From NCBI GenBank assembly GCA_951406725.2, contig OX597817.1:79112001-79176000 (forward strand): a DNA stretch of 64,000 nucleotides. Reading direction: 5' to 3'. The position numbers and the translations under genes were made by a program. Below, in pieces: positions 11,845 to 24,925 of this stretch. The notes under the pieces are model-generated. The model searched no databases and was not told where the DNA came from. It was given only the letters and a program-made list of their open reading frames with translations. This stretch comes from Octopus vulgaris (lineage: Eukaryota). Position 1 is the stretch's first letter. The number at the start of each line of letters is the position of its first letter.

Positions 11845-12245
11845 GAGTGACTGTGTGGTAAGTAGCTTGCTTACCAACCACATGGTTCCAGGTTCAGTCC
11901 CACTGCGTAGCACCTTGGGCAAGTGTCTTCCACTATAGCATCAGGCCGACCAAATCCTTGTGAGTGGATTTGGTAGATGGAAACTGAAAGAAGCCCATCG
12001 TATATATGTATATATGTATATGCGTGTGTGTGTTTGTGTGTCTGTGTTTGTCCCCCTAGCATTGCTTGACAACCGATGCTGGTGTGTTTATGTCCCCGTT
12101 ACTTGGCGGTTCAGTAAAAGAGACTGATAGAATAAGTACTGGGCTTACAAAAGAATAAGTCCCAGGGTCGAGTTGCTCGATTAAAGGCTGTGCTCCAGTA
12201 TGGCCGCAGTCAAATGACTGAAACTAGTAAAAGTGTAAAGAGTAA
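11845..12245 (+). mobile_element. tRNA-derived CORE-type SINE (family A), near full length
   Basis: CTGTGTGGTAAG A-box, GGTTCAGTCCC B-box, CACCTTGGGCAAGTGTCTT core, internal (TA)n/(TG)n tract and (GTAAAAGA)-like tail. At least 10 copies in the window. Confidence 0.9.
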
Positions 12246-12291
12246 TATATAAATATATTTATATATTTATATATATATACACACACACATA

Positions 12292-12508
12292 TGACAGGGT
12301 GCTGAAGAATTCCTGGCTTTCGGTAAAAGAATATACAAGAGGATCAGTTAATTATGATTTTATTCAACATAATTCTCCTCTTACATTCACGCACTTATTG
12401 CAGTAGTCCTTCAGTTTTTCTAAGCCCTGTAAAAGAACTGGGAAGGTTGTACTGCCAACCAAGCCTTTTATAATACCCTTAAAGCCAGAACTTTTCTTCA
12501 CCCCCTTA
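12292..12508. mobile_element. Tc1/mariner-derived MITE, copy 2
   Basis: Aligns end to end with 11574-11788 (GAGGATCAGTTAATTATGATTTTATTC..., CCTTCAGTTTTTCTAA) in the same orientation. Confidence 0.8.
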
Positions 12509-12769
12509 TATATACAAACATGGAACAGCACCAGTAGAACAATTTTGTCTCAGAGAAACTTCTCAAAGAGCCTGGTGAGTTGAACAACACAGAGAAAGGA
12601 AGATATGATGTTTCAACCTGATTTGGTTTTCTCCTTGATAAATGCTTTGGATACAACAACAAATAATGACAAAATAATAACCCAACCAACAACAGAAATG
12701 TAGGAGTTCACAATGAGCAGAGCAATGTATTTAACTTGCAGGTAGGTGTCCACCAGAGTTCACTTATCA

Positions 12770-13035
12770 TATCCCTTCTATCAGTTAAAGTTCTTCAGGT
12801 CATAGGGCAAGCATTTACAACGGGTTTTCCATAGGAGGTCGTGTATGGTGATGAAATAGTCTTTATTGTTGAATCAGTGGAAGAATTATTAGAAAAGTTT
12901 CGGACTATGATGCAAAACGTACTATCAAGAGGTGGCAAAATAAATTTAGAAACGATTAAAGTTTTAGTCGGTAGGAAAAAGTACAAGACCCTGTTGACAT
13001 GAGGGAAATGTTGATATGCAAGAATGATGTACATA
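12770..13035 (+). mobile_element. RTE-clade LINE reverse transcriptase fragment
   Basis: Translates as [51 protein letters not shown], a decayed WELLYADDLVLIAES...GLKVN..KTKV motif. Confidence 0.65.
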
Positions 13036-13062
13036 TAAATTCCAAGCAATATAGATGTAGCG

Positions 13063-13063
13063 C

Positions 13064-13095
<32 letters not shown>

Positions 13096-13240
13096 AGAAA
13101 TATACATACACACACACATATGTGCATACATTTATATGCATGTCCATATATATGTGTATACATATGTATATATATACATATATATATATATATATACATG
13201 TATATACACATATATATATATACATGTATATACACATATA

Positions 13241-13280
<40 letters not shown>

Positions 13281-13303
13281 CATATATATACATATATATA
13301 TAC

Positions 13304-13334
<31 letters not shown>

Positions 13335-13367
13335 CATATATATACATATATATACATATATATATAC

Positions 13368-13408
<41 letters not shown>

Positions 13409-13451
13409 TATACATATATATATACACATATATATATATATATATACATAC

Positions 13452-13507
<56 letters not shown>

Positions 13508-13510
13508 GTA
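13063..13510. repeat. Long compound (TA)n/(TACA)n microsatellite
   Basis: Directly visible. Similar tracts at 8480-8760, 8965-9170, 13790-13990, 14330-14765, 15355-15940, 16300-16490, 33790-34500, 34850-35040, 35360-35630, 47500-49390, 50400-51680 and 54040-54175. Confidence 0.95.
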
Positions 13511-14791
13511 CTCAACACAATTACATATTCATATATATATATTTATATATCCACATGGAGTATCTGTTTTTGCAGGTTAAATATTAAATTTAAATTTTTT
13601 TTTTTGGCATTAACTCATTTCATTTCCCTGTTTGCTTGAGGTTGTCTTGTTATTTAATTTCTTTCATTTCTTAAAAGAACTTCTATGATTTATTGAATTT
13701 TGTTGAGATCATACTAGTTTTCTCTGATTTTATACCATTTCTTTTGTTATTATCAATTATTGTTTATTCATAATGTATTTATTTTGCTTACACACACACA
13801 TACACACACACACACGCACATATGTACATACATATATGTATATAGATATGTAGATATATAGATAGATACTTATATACACATATATATACACATATATGCA
13901 TGTTTATACATATATACGCACACATATATAAATGCATATAAATATTTTCATATGCATACACACACACACACACACATATATATACACACATTTATACATT
14001 ATATATTTTTTATATAGTGATTTTTGCATTTGTTCACTTTGTTTAACCTCTTTCCTTTTCTTATAAGTTTTCAAATTTGTTTAAAAATATAAATAAACAA
14101 AAAAAAACCTTAAAATTAAACAAAACAAGACAAGGGTATTTAAAATAAAACACAAACAATAAACATAGCAAACAAACAAACCTACAAAGAACAGGTAAAT
14201 AAATAACACACTCTCAAAGAAGGTGCCATAAGCACTAGCCAAATAATTTATTCAAAACAAACAGGTGATGTGCTTGTAGAACTTTTGGGAATCTAACACA
14301 TTTTGGTCTCTATCTGCACTTCTTGTATTGTTTATGCATATGTATGTGCATGTTTGTGTATGTGTGTATGTGCATTTGCCTGTATATATGAATATGTATG
14401 AATGTGTCTGTATATATATATATATATATATATATCTGTGTGTGTGTTTATATTTTTTTGCATTTATATATGGATACACATGTCTATATGTATTTATGTG
14501 TACATGCATGTATGTATATATGCATGCTGCCATGCATGTATATGTACATACCTGCATACTTCTGCTAAGATGGCTATTCATATATGTATATATTTTTGCA
14601 TGTATGCATATATATATTTTTTTGTATATGTATATATATATATATATATGTATGTATTTAAATGTGTTTATGCATACACATATGGAAATATACATACACA
14701 CACACACGAACATGCGTGTATATGATACAAACATGTACATATAGAATGCATACACATACATATATGAATGATTTCAATTTCATATTATCAC

Positions 14792-14792
<1 letters not shown>

Positions 14793-14849
<57 letters not shown>

Positions 14850-14868
14850 GTTATTATTATTATTATTA
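14793..14868. repeat. (ATT)n microsatellite
   Basis: Direct observation. Confidence 0.95.
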
Positions 14869-15356
14869 TGAGCATTATTAGTTTGTTTACAGTTACTTTT
14901 TGCATTTTTCAGTTTTAAAAGTGATAAATTTCCTCAGAGACAGAAATGAAGAGATGTTTGTTGCAAGATGGAATGAGTGTTGGTAAAGTTTGCTCACAGA
15001 GAGGGCAAAATAGTGGAATTCTTACATCAAACAGTTCAAGAACTTGATTTCGTTATGATTGCTTTTAAAAATGGACAACTATGACCTTTTTCTTCATATC
15101 CTTATTAAATATGGTTAAAGTGACGATTGGAGGAGATTGTGGAATGATAAATTTTGAGAAAGACACAACTGAGAAAAGTTTTTTTAAATTTTAAATTGCT
15201 GAGAATGTGTATTCTTATATTTTATGCAAATGGGTAAGAGTGTGTGTTTGTGTGTGCATGCATGTGCGTTGTTCTTATGCTGTAATACATTCTTGTAAGT
15301 GTGTGTTTACCTTCACATATTTCTCTCACTCTCACTTTCTCCTGACCATATATAGG

Positions 15357-15417
<61 letters not shown>

Positions 15418-15490
15418 GCATATATATATATATATACATGCATATATATATGTATGTATATATATATATGTACATCTATATGTATATATA

Positions 15491-15573
<83 letters not shown>

Positions 15574-15768
15574 ATAGATTTATGAATATTATATGCAAAT
15601 ATGCAGCTGTATACATATATGAACCATGTATTAAAACCTGTATTTATAGCAGAGAAATTGCTTTTGCTTAATATTTCCATCATTATATATATACATATTA
15701 ATTTGCATACATAAATATATACACAAACACATATACATACATAATATAAACTTATAGATAGAATGATT

Positions 15769-15817
<49 letters not shown>

Positions 15818-15905
15818 GTATATAGATACGTAGATGTGTGTATAAAAACATGTGTATATGTTTGTGTGTATATATGTATTGCTATATGTATGTGTGTGTG
15901 CATAT

Positions 15906-15936
<31 letters not shown>

Positions 15937-15937
15937 C

Positions 15938-15985
15938 AACCCATGCTAGCATGGAGAGTGGACGTTAAACGATGATGATGATGAT
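15938..15985 (+). mobile_element. Severely 5'-truncated 3' tip of family E inserted in (TA)n
   Basis: AACCCATGCTAGCATGGAGAGTGGACGTTAAACGATGATGATG. Confidence 0.7.
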
Positions 15986-16317
15986 ATATGTATGTATGTA
16001 TGTATGGTGTATATACATATCTACATAGGCTTATTTGCATATGTGTGTGCATGTGTTTCTGTGTGATTTCGAACTTTGAAATTTTGCTGATAGTAGTAAG
16101 ATATCCGCTTGGCCATTTATCACATATATAATCAGAAGCATATCTTGAACTGTAGCAAACTGAAAATCTGCTCGTGACAAGTGGAGCCTCTGGTCTCTGT
16201 CTGTCTTATTGCACAGCTCTTCTTCTATTGTCTTTTTTATATAGTAAAGTATCTGTGTGTGTGAGAGAGAGAGAGAATGAGTGCATATGTACACCTATAT
16301 CTATTTATCTATCTATC

Positions 16318-16375
<58 letters not shown>

Positions 16376-16437
16376 TAGATAGATGTAAGATCTATATATA
16401 TATATATATATATATAGATAGATAGATAGATATACAC

Positions 16438-16489
<52 letters not shown>

Positions 16490-17093
16490 GTAGTAATGTT
16501 TATATGCCAATGCAACGTGGCATATATGTAATTGTATTGGATACAATTATACTTAAGGGTACAGAATCTGCTATGTCTATATGTTGAAAATAGACGTCAA
16601 ATACGTCCAGCCACTGCAAATCTTCATTATACATTCACAGGATGAAAGCGAGAATGTGGACTTATTTAAAAATCAAAAATAATTCAGATAGTTTTGGATT
16701 GATCAATTTCTGGATTAGTTAAATAAGTTTTCTTTCATCAGCAAAGGTCAATTCTTATAGTGTAAACTTATGGTAAAATTCTTTCCAACAATGACCAGCA
16801 CCTTGTCTTTTTCTCAGCCCAGTACACCTTGGATTACACTTTCCAGTGTGTCCTTCTTTTTAGAGTAACAGGGTATGATTGCTTGCAGATTCGAATGCAA
16901 TCTCTGGAAGGTTAGTTGACGGCATACAACACGCCATACCATCACCAATGGACTCAAACTTTAGCATACTGTGTTGATGGAAAGTTTGGACAAAATATCT
17001 AATCCTCTATTATCTAAAAAAATTGGAAACCTGCACTTGAGCCCAAAACCAAAGAGGATATATTCATTAAAAGGCTTTAGGACAGTTGATATA

Positions 17094-17659
17094 TTAGGTT
17101 GTGCGGAAAGTTCGTGCCGATTTTTGAAGGAAAGAAAAAGGTCAATGAATACTTGCCATTACATTTTTAATCAACCAAATATGAACCATTTTGTTGCACA
17201 ATGCGTCTCCATCTTTCCTTTAACTTTAAAATACCCTCTTCCCAGAATTGAGGTGGTGTCATGGCAAAGAATTCATCAAGGTATCTTTTTACATCATCCA
17301 AGGAATTGAGACTTTTACATTTAAGACTATTCTGCAGAGACCTGAATAAGTCGAAATCCGAAGGAGCAATATCTGGTGAATATGGAGGGTGGGATAACAC
17401 ATCCCAACTGAGCTGCAGCAATTTTTGTCTGGTTCCCAAAGCATCAAGTGCCGAAAATGAACTTTCTTATCTTCCATTTTAAAGGGTTACTGAATTAACA
17501 CAGGTTATAGGAACATAAACCTTCTTCCACGAAAAGATATCTGAAACTGTGCTCTAAATGGAGGTGCAGTCAAATCCTATTTTATGGACTCAACCATGTT
17601 CTAAAATAAGTCGAAAGGTAAGCTACTATAAATCGGCACGAACTTTCCGGACAACCCAA
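17094..17659 (-). mobile_element. Internally deleted mariner transposon
   Basis: TA-flanked ~30-bp TIRs TTAGGTTGTGCGGAAAGTTCGTGCCGATTT / AAATCGGCACGAACTTTCCGGACAACCCAA. N-terminus MEDKKVHFRHLML is joined to the C-terminus containing HPPYSPDIAPSDF and WRRIVQQNGSYLVD*. Confidence 0.93.
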
Positions 17660-17675
17660 TATTTGGCGAATGTAA

Positions 17676-17870
17676 AGCAATGAGGCGAGAGAATCCTTAG
17701 CATGCTCTGAAAAATGTTTAGTGGCATTTCAGCGATCTCTACATACTAAGTTCAAATTTCACTGCAGTCGACTTTGTCTTTTATCATTTCGAGGTCAATA
17801 AAATAAGTACTAGCTGGGTACTGGGGTCAATTCTCCCGAAATTATTGGCCTTGTGCCAAAATTTGAAACT
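17676..17870 (+). mobile_element. SINE family B, degenerate
   Basis: GTTCAAATTTC...GTCGACTTTGTCTTTTATCATTTCGAGGTCAATAAAATAAGTAC...CTGGGGTC. Confidence 0.65.
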
Positions 17871-19149
17871 GATGTGTTTTGTGAATGTCAACAAATCTCA
17901 GTCTTTTAAGTTTGAAAAGAAATCCGTTTTGTACTAGATACACTTTTAAATTCTGGCAACATTTCAATCAGATTTGGCAATTGTTCCTGAAGACTATGTC
18001 AACTAGAGTACATGCAATCTCAAGGAATATGTGAGTAATCTTGCTGTTAGTTTGAGGTCACTACATATGAGCTGATTGTCCATGACCATAGAAACTCAAT
18101 TCCTTTTGATCCTATGAAGCATATCTATAAAATTACATATTGGAATCTTGAATATGTTATAGCGGATGTTTTTTGTTTGGTTGGCTGTTAGTGTAATGCT
18201 ACTTTTATATGTTTCCTATTCGGAAATGGATAAATATATTTAACTTTTGAAGTAGAGATGTATATTGATAAACCCGTCACTTATAACTTACTTATAAGTG
18301 TTATCATTATACGTAAATCCTGACTCCAGCTACATAAACGCCATAGCGAGAAATTTTTTTTCTGAAACGCTAACGGACATTTTATGCGTGCATGTATGTT
18401 GAATATAAATAATTTCGTGTTCTTTTAACCACTATAAAAATACAGTTTCATAATTACAGAAATACATTTCATTAATAAGTTGAAGAACCTGAAGAGAAAA
18501 TAATTACTACATTATTTTATTTATGTACATTTAGCATTTTTAATATTTATAATACAATTTGAAGTAAAGTAATTTTGTCGTAGAGAATTACGTCTTAAAA
18601 TTTACGCTATCTAATTCTTCATAATAACTATATAGATCTCAACAACCCAAACAAGTCTTGTTGGATTTTTCAGACATGGCATAAAAAAATAACCAATGTC
18701 TCAAAGAAGTGAGTGCCATGGAGTTTAGTTACATCCCATAAACACTAACATTTTTTCCAAAAGCCAGGGTTTTTATAACTACTCAACTTGACTTTAAAGA
18801 ATTGAAATCACATAAAAATATTCTTTAACTAATTTTCAGAATTCCTATATGAGCAGTTATTTCAACCAATGCGAAAACGACAATCATATTTCTTCAGCAA
18901 TACGACATTACGTCATATTGCCAGCTAACACAAATTGGCGGTACTATTTGAAAATGACTGCACTCTACAATGTCTTATATATGAATGAGTATTTGGCATT
19001 TGGATTTTTGAGAGAATATTTCATCAGTGACCTTCGTATCATAAGTCTTTTTCATATTGAACACATTGAATACACTCAACAACAAGAGTCAACAAAAACA
19101 ACAACAGAAACGATAAAGGAGTAGCACTTTATTCAATATGACAATGTCA

Positions 19150-22125
19150 GAAACATTTCTTTGAAAGAAAAAACTTTCATAAATATAAAGTTACAATTAG
19201 ATACGGGGCAGTGATATCTCGATAATTAACACTGATACATGGAAAAAATCGGGAGACCTAAATTAAAAGAAACTTCGAAGATTGCACGTAGTGTTTCAGG
19301 GGAAAAAATAATATTTTAAGGGCGAAATGTTAAGTGACGTTACATTTCGTGAAAAAAACTTAAAAGCCAAAGTCTTTTTTGTTGAATAATACGACAAATG
19401 CATTCAGAACAGACTGGATGGAATCATTAAACTTATGGGACCTCCCATAAATCTTTTCTGTAAAAATGTGAATAGTTTTTCCACCAGTGCAAATAAGTCG
19501 TCAGACGAATTTTTTAAAAATTTAAGGTTTTTCCTGTCTGATGAAATAGGTCTGTGCACCAGAACGAAGGCGATGTTTCAAATAAAATAAAACACCATAC
19601 CGGCTAGAAAAATGGAAGTGTGTAATCAACATGCAGTCTCGCCTATGGAACATCTGTTTTTGGCTACGGTTGGCATTTAGTCGTAGAAAAAATTGGAGTT
19701 ATCTAAAATGTGGAATAGTCAATGGGCATCACTAACTGTGTGCGCCAAGAAAACGAATAATAAAATCAGAGTATGTGCTGATTTTTCAACTGATTTAAAC
19801 GAATGTCTTTAAACGCTCCCTTGTCCCCTAATTAATCCCATATTTGCGAAATTAAACAGTGGCAAGTTATTTTCTAAATTGGATCTCTCTGACGTGTACC
19901 TACAAATGACTGCTCTAAATACATAGCAATTAACTCACGTAAAGGACTGCATGAATACAACGGGTTACCATTTAGCTTAAAAGTCGCACTGGCGATTTTT
20001 CAACAGATAATGGATGCGATGTAAGCGGACTGTGAATTCGCAATTCTATATCTGGATAATATACTCATAAAAAGCGAATTCCGGAACCAACACGAAGAGC
20101 ACGTAAAATATGTGTTCGAAGAAATTAGGGGTTACGGTTTCACTTTGAGCGAAGAAAAGGGCAGGCGCAATTAAAAATATGCTCCCTCCGACAAATATAG
20201 CAACCGTACAAGCTTTTTTGGGACTGGCAAATTATTACCAAAGTTATTTTCAAAATATACATAAGGTAAGGGTTCCACTAAACAATCTTCTAAAAACAGA
20301 GGTAAAGTGGAATTGCCCTGAAAATTGTCAGGTGTTCAACGAAATCAAAACAATATTAACACCTGATTTATCTTTAGCACACCTCGATTCTGCGGTGGAA
20401 ATTGCAGTGGCTTCAGATGCCTCTGTGTACGGTATAGGAACAGTAATGCTGTATAAATATAAAGATGGTAACATGAAGGCAGTGGTTCATGCTTCATGTT
20501 CTCTGATATTTAAAGAAAATATTACAGCCAAAGCGAAAAAGAAGTTCTAGCAATTACTTTTGCCGTAAAAAAATTTCATAGATTTTTACACGGTAGAAGC
20601 TTTGGATTACTGACTGATTATCGGCCATTGTTATCTATATATGGGTCGAAGAAATAAGATGGAGTGTATACCATCTAAGATATTAGGACACGCTGATTGT
20701 TTATCAAGACTGATTTCAAAAATGCTGAGCTATTTGAAGATATTGTGATTGCTGCGTTGCGAGCAGAAAATGAAATTAAAAGTGTTTTGTGTAACGTCAT
20801 ACGTGAATTTCAAGTCACATTATAAGACATAGAATTAAAATCGGAGAACGATATTTTCATTTAAAAAAATGAAAGAAATGCTGAGGACTAAAAGAGATTA
20901 AAATATGCGTTTTTCTGACCACAACACAAATTCGAACCTGTCCTCAATGCGTGACTCTGTCTAGATGTACGCACAATGAGTCGTAGTGCCAGTCACACAA
21001 CAGAAGCAATTATTAAAGAAATTTCACATTAGTCCCCTAGGGATTCGAGAATGAAATCGTTAGTGAGAGGTTATGTATACTGGTCAACAATAGACCGTGA
21101 CATTGAAGAATTAGTTAAAGCATACAGAGGTTATGCCTTAGCTGCAAAAGCACCAACCACTAAATGGCAACCGTGGCCAAAAACAGATGTTCCATGGGCG
21201 AGACTGCTCGTTGATTACACACGTCCACTTGGGGGTTCATATTACCTTGTTGTGGTTGGCAGTTTATCAAAGTGGCCTGAGGTGCATAAGTGTAAAAAGC
21301 TGACATCTGCGATTACAGTAAGTTTTTTACACGAATTGTTCGCCAAATATGGTATTTCTGATACCATTGTGTCTGATAATAGAACTCAATTTACTTCAGA
21401 AGAGTTCAGATAATTCTCTAAAAAGTTCGTTATCAAACATATCACCACCACACCGTATCATCATATGTCAAATAGACAAGAGGAGTGCTTCGTTGATACT
21501 TTCCAGAGGGCGTGGAAAAAAGTGAACAATGAAGTAATGGACGATCTTGCACCTCAGCAATTTCTAAGAATGTACTGTGTAAAATGTAATCCGAAAACAC
21601 CGTCGGGAATGTCGACCGCAGAATTGATGTTTGCTAGAAAGATAAGATCCGTTTTTAATAAGTTGATACCGAATGAAATAGAAAAAAGGCAAGCAACAAA
21701 AATACTTCAACATTTTTCAAGTTAGGTGACAAAGTTTTATTTTAAACCTATAGATACGGTATAGAAAGCTGGTAGAATGGTGTGATTATTGAACAAATTG
21801 GAAGAATGTTATTCCTGGTAAAAGAAAAAATGTCGAACATAACAGACATATTAACCAACTTAAAAAGAGATTCACGGGAAAACAGTCACAAGAAATGAAA
21901 TTCCCATGGAAGTATTGTACGACACCTTTCAGGTACCAACATCTAAACAATTTGAAACTATATGTCTGCGGCACCAACACCCAAACAAATTGAAACTAAA
22001 CGTTCTAGTACCAGAAAACGGAAACACTGGAATTGAACCCTGAGATAAGAGATATTAAAACTGAACAGAGTCTAATCCTCAAAAGGGGAGAAGCTGGGGA
22101 GACTAGTTCTTAAAAGGGGAGACAT
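19150..22125 (+). mobile_element. Decayed Ty3/Gypsy LTR retrotransposon pol (protease-RT-RNase H-integrase), Mag/K02A2.6-like
   Basis: LQLDTG.SDISIIN..TWKKIGRP (~19190); SQWAS...KIRVCADFST; FSKLDLSDVYLQ; YLDN; FLGLANYY; ASDASVYGIG; MKSLVRGYVYW; PWARL..DY; SKWPEV; IVSDN.TQFTS; SGMSTAELMFARKIRS. Many stops and frameshifts. 5' boundary (gag) is uncertain. Confidence 0.9.
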
Positions 22126-22318
22126 TGTGGAAGGATCCCGACCTCACTCCTAAGGGACTAGAAGTGGACTGGCTCATTGCTTTAATATAAAAAAACTGTC
22201 AGCAGTTTATATAAGCTGTTCACTGTGAGTCGTTGGCAGAGAGAGCTTAACCTCGTGTAACAGTAATCGTAGTGCGTCGTGTGAATTTCCCCAGCTTCGT
22301 TAAAATATTTATCTAATA
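22126..22318 (+). mobile_element. Putative 3' LTR of the Gypsy element
   Basis: Begins TGTGG just after the polypurine tract AAAAGGGGAGA and contains TATATAAG. No matching 5' LTR found. Confidence 0.55.
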
Positions 22319-22419
22319 GGATAGGTAAGCATGTATGTATATATATCTATGTGTGTATGTATGTATGTATGCAAGTATGAATGTATGTTGGTGTGTGCAT
22401 ATGTTTGTGTTTTCATATC

Positions 22420-22623
22420 TTGGCCTCACATAACAGTTGTAAATGAATGCTATCATACAAGAAGTTATAGTATTTCACTGAAAAATATTGCCTTGCTTGG
22501 AAACAAGTGTGGACTGGTGACAGGAAGGGCATCCATCTGTAGAAATTACTCCTCAACAAATTTCGTTTGTCTGACTCATGCAAAGATGGAAAATTACACA
22601 TGAAAGCGATGATGATGATGATG
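22420..22623 (+). mobile_element. (GAT)n-tailed SINE-like element (family E-related)
   Basis: GGTGACAGGAAGGGCATCC..CTGTAGAAA...CATGCAAAGATGGAAAA...GATGATGATG. Confidence 0.6.
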
Positions 22624-23069
22624 AGACCGAGGTGGAGGAAGAGGATGGCTGCAGGGTATTATGTAATGACATTGGGCTCAAGATATAACTCTGCTCAACT
22701 CATTTTACCTGAAAGAGAAACAACGCGGCCAATTAAAGAACCTCTGAGCAGCTTCTCAATGTGACAGAAATAGCAGCCAGCTTTCCTTCATATTGTGTGC
22801 TACTGTTTTTAAAAGTGGTAAAATGCATACAAATTTGTTTTAATTAATTTTCGGCAGGTAAATAATATCTAAGACGAGGTTGTCACAACTGGAATATCAA
22901 TCATTATTGAAATTTAAACAAGACTAACATGGAGCAAAACAACAAAAACAGTTTCTAAAAAACAATGAGTAAGGCTCAACGTGTTTGCTTCATTTGCTAG
23001 ACATAGCAGATAAATCTTCCTCAAATCCTATTGTCTTGAAATGGGAATGATAAATAAATGAGGTAAATA

Positions 23070-23702
23070 AATCTTTTATTTTTAATCTTTTACTTGTTTC
23101 AGTCATTAGACTGTGGCCTTGATGTAGTTTTTGTCAAATAAATCAACACCTGTATTTTTATGTCTGGTACTTATTCTAATGATATCTTTTGCTGAATCAC
23201 TAAGTTACAAGGATGTAAACACACCAACACTGGTTGTCAAGCAGTGGTGGGAACAAACACATACACACACATAGATATATATATGTCTCTGTGTGTGTGT
23301 GTGTGTGTGTATTTATGTATATACATATATATTAATATGGCTGAGGAAAGGAGAGCACAGCTGTGGTCGGACAGACGGGACAGGAGGAGGACAACTGCAG
23401 CAACACCCCACACGTACCCATCGATGTTCATGTGCAGCAACTGTACCAGGGACTGCCACTCTAGAATTGGACTGTTCAGTCACAGCAGACGCTGCTCATC
23501 ATCAAAGTAGGCCCCACCCTTGGCGCGACCCATTGTCTATCAAGACAGATGGGAAACAGATATATATATATATATGATAAACATCTTTCAGATTCTGTCT
23601 GCCAAATTCACTCACAAGCCTTTGGTCTGCTGAAGGCTATTTTAGAAGACAGTGGTCCAAGGTGCCATGCAGTGGGACTGAACCCAGAACCATGCCTGCA
23701 CC
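23070..23702 (-). mobile_element. SINE family A, degenerate, interrupted by an RTE fragment
   Basis: Tail CTTTTACTTGTTTCAGTCATT at 23088 and head-side CCAAGGTGCCATGCAGTGGGACTGAACCC at 23657. Confidence 0.75.
23337..23560 (+). mobile_element. 3' end of an RTE (BovB-like) LINE
   Basis: FMCSNCTRDCHSRIGLFSHSRRC* matches the RTE C-terminal C-x2-C...SRIGLxSH motif. Short 3' UTR with stem-loop CCAT-TGTCT-ATCA-AGACA-G-ATGG. Confidence 0.85.
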
Positions 23703-23751
23703 TATATACAAAAGCAAAAAACAAAATGAATAAAATGTTACCAGGATAGAT

Positions 23752-24172
23752 GCAGGAGTGGCTGTGTGGTAAGTAGCTTGCTTACCAACCACATGGTTCT
23801 GGGTTCAATCCCACTGCATGGCACCTTGGGCAAGTGTCTTCTACTATAGCTTCAGGCTGACTAATGCCTTGTGAGTGGATTTGGTAGACGGAAACTGAAA
23901 GAAGCTCGTTGTATATATGTATACATATATATATGTATGCATGTATATGTTTGTGTGTCTGTGTTTGTCTCTCCCCCCTCCAACATCGTTTGACAACCAA
24001 TGCTGGTGTGTTTACGTTCCCGTAACCTAGCAGTTTGGCAAAAGAGACCGATAGAATAAGTACTAGGCTTGCAAAGAATAAGTCCTGGGGGTCGATTTGC
24101 TCACCTAAAGGCAGTGCTCCAGCATGGCCACAGTAAAATGACTGAAACAAGTAAAATAGAATAAAAGAATAA
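23752..24172 (+). mobile_element. SINE family A, full length
   Basis: GCAGGAGTGGCTGTGTGGTAAGTAGC...GAAACAAGTAAAATAGAATAAAAG; aligns with the 11845 copy. Confidence 0.9.
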
Positions 24173-24596
24173 AGGCTGGTCATGGGCAGAACCTCTTTTG
24201 TTATAGATCTACTCAATCAGAGCTTACTTGAGGCTAGACAACAGCAACAACAAATGCAGTAACTAACGGGTTCTGCATATATTTCATAGTTGAGTGATTA
24301 GCTATAAACAGATCAACAACTGTGAAAAACATGAGATAATTGTTATAACGAAACTGGAATTGAAAAATACAAGGTAATGCATGAGAATGAAACACATCTC
24401 TTACGCTGAATATATATATCAATCAAAGACTAAATTAAATTTTGAATAATGAACAGAAAATATTATTTCAAGCTTAAGTTTAATGTTTTATACAATAATT
24501 GCCTTCAATAGGCAATTTGAAAGTAATGAATGCCTAATTTACACTGAAAGTTTTCCTTAATGACAACCCTTAAAAGAACTACATGCTATGTAGTAG

Positions 24597-24619
24597 TAAT
24601 AATGATAATAATAATAATA

Positions 24620-24655
<36 letters not shown>

Positions 24656-24695
24656 GTTATTGTTATTGTTATTAGTGTTGTTGTTGTTGTTGTTA
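24597..24695. repeat. (TAA)n abutting (TTA)n grading into (TTG)n
   Basis: Direct observation; inverted junction near 24620. Confidence 0.9.
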
Positions 24696-24925
24696 TAAAT
24701 GCTGATGTTAACCAAGCAATAACCCACCAGTGGCTGAGCAGTTCAGGACTGAAAGCAGAGACTGAAGGTTTCACATTGGTGGCACAAGATCAAAGCTTGC
24801 TTACAAAAAAAAAAACTACCAGTTGTTCAAAATGGTTCTGACCCTAAATGCAGATTCTGCGACACGTTTGATGAAACAATAGACCATCGTGTTTCAGGAT
24901 GTCCTGTGTCAACTCCAAACAATTA
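24696..24925 (+). mobile_element. R4/Dong-type LINE fragment 1 (zinc-knuckle region)
   Basis: NADVNQAITHQWLSSSGLKAETEGF..AQDQSL and CRFCDTFDETIDH.VSGCP; homologous to 27890-28110. Confidence 0.8.

Noticed and set aside
14913-14982. Possible 70-nt exon (LKVINFLRDRNEEMFVARWNEC)
   Set aside because: Weak donor, no homology and no partner exons.
18259-18444. TGTAT...ATACA segment as the 5' LTR of the Gypsy element
   Set aside because: No similarity to the 3' LTR, no TSD and no PBS recognised.
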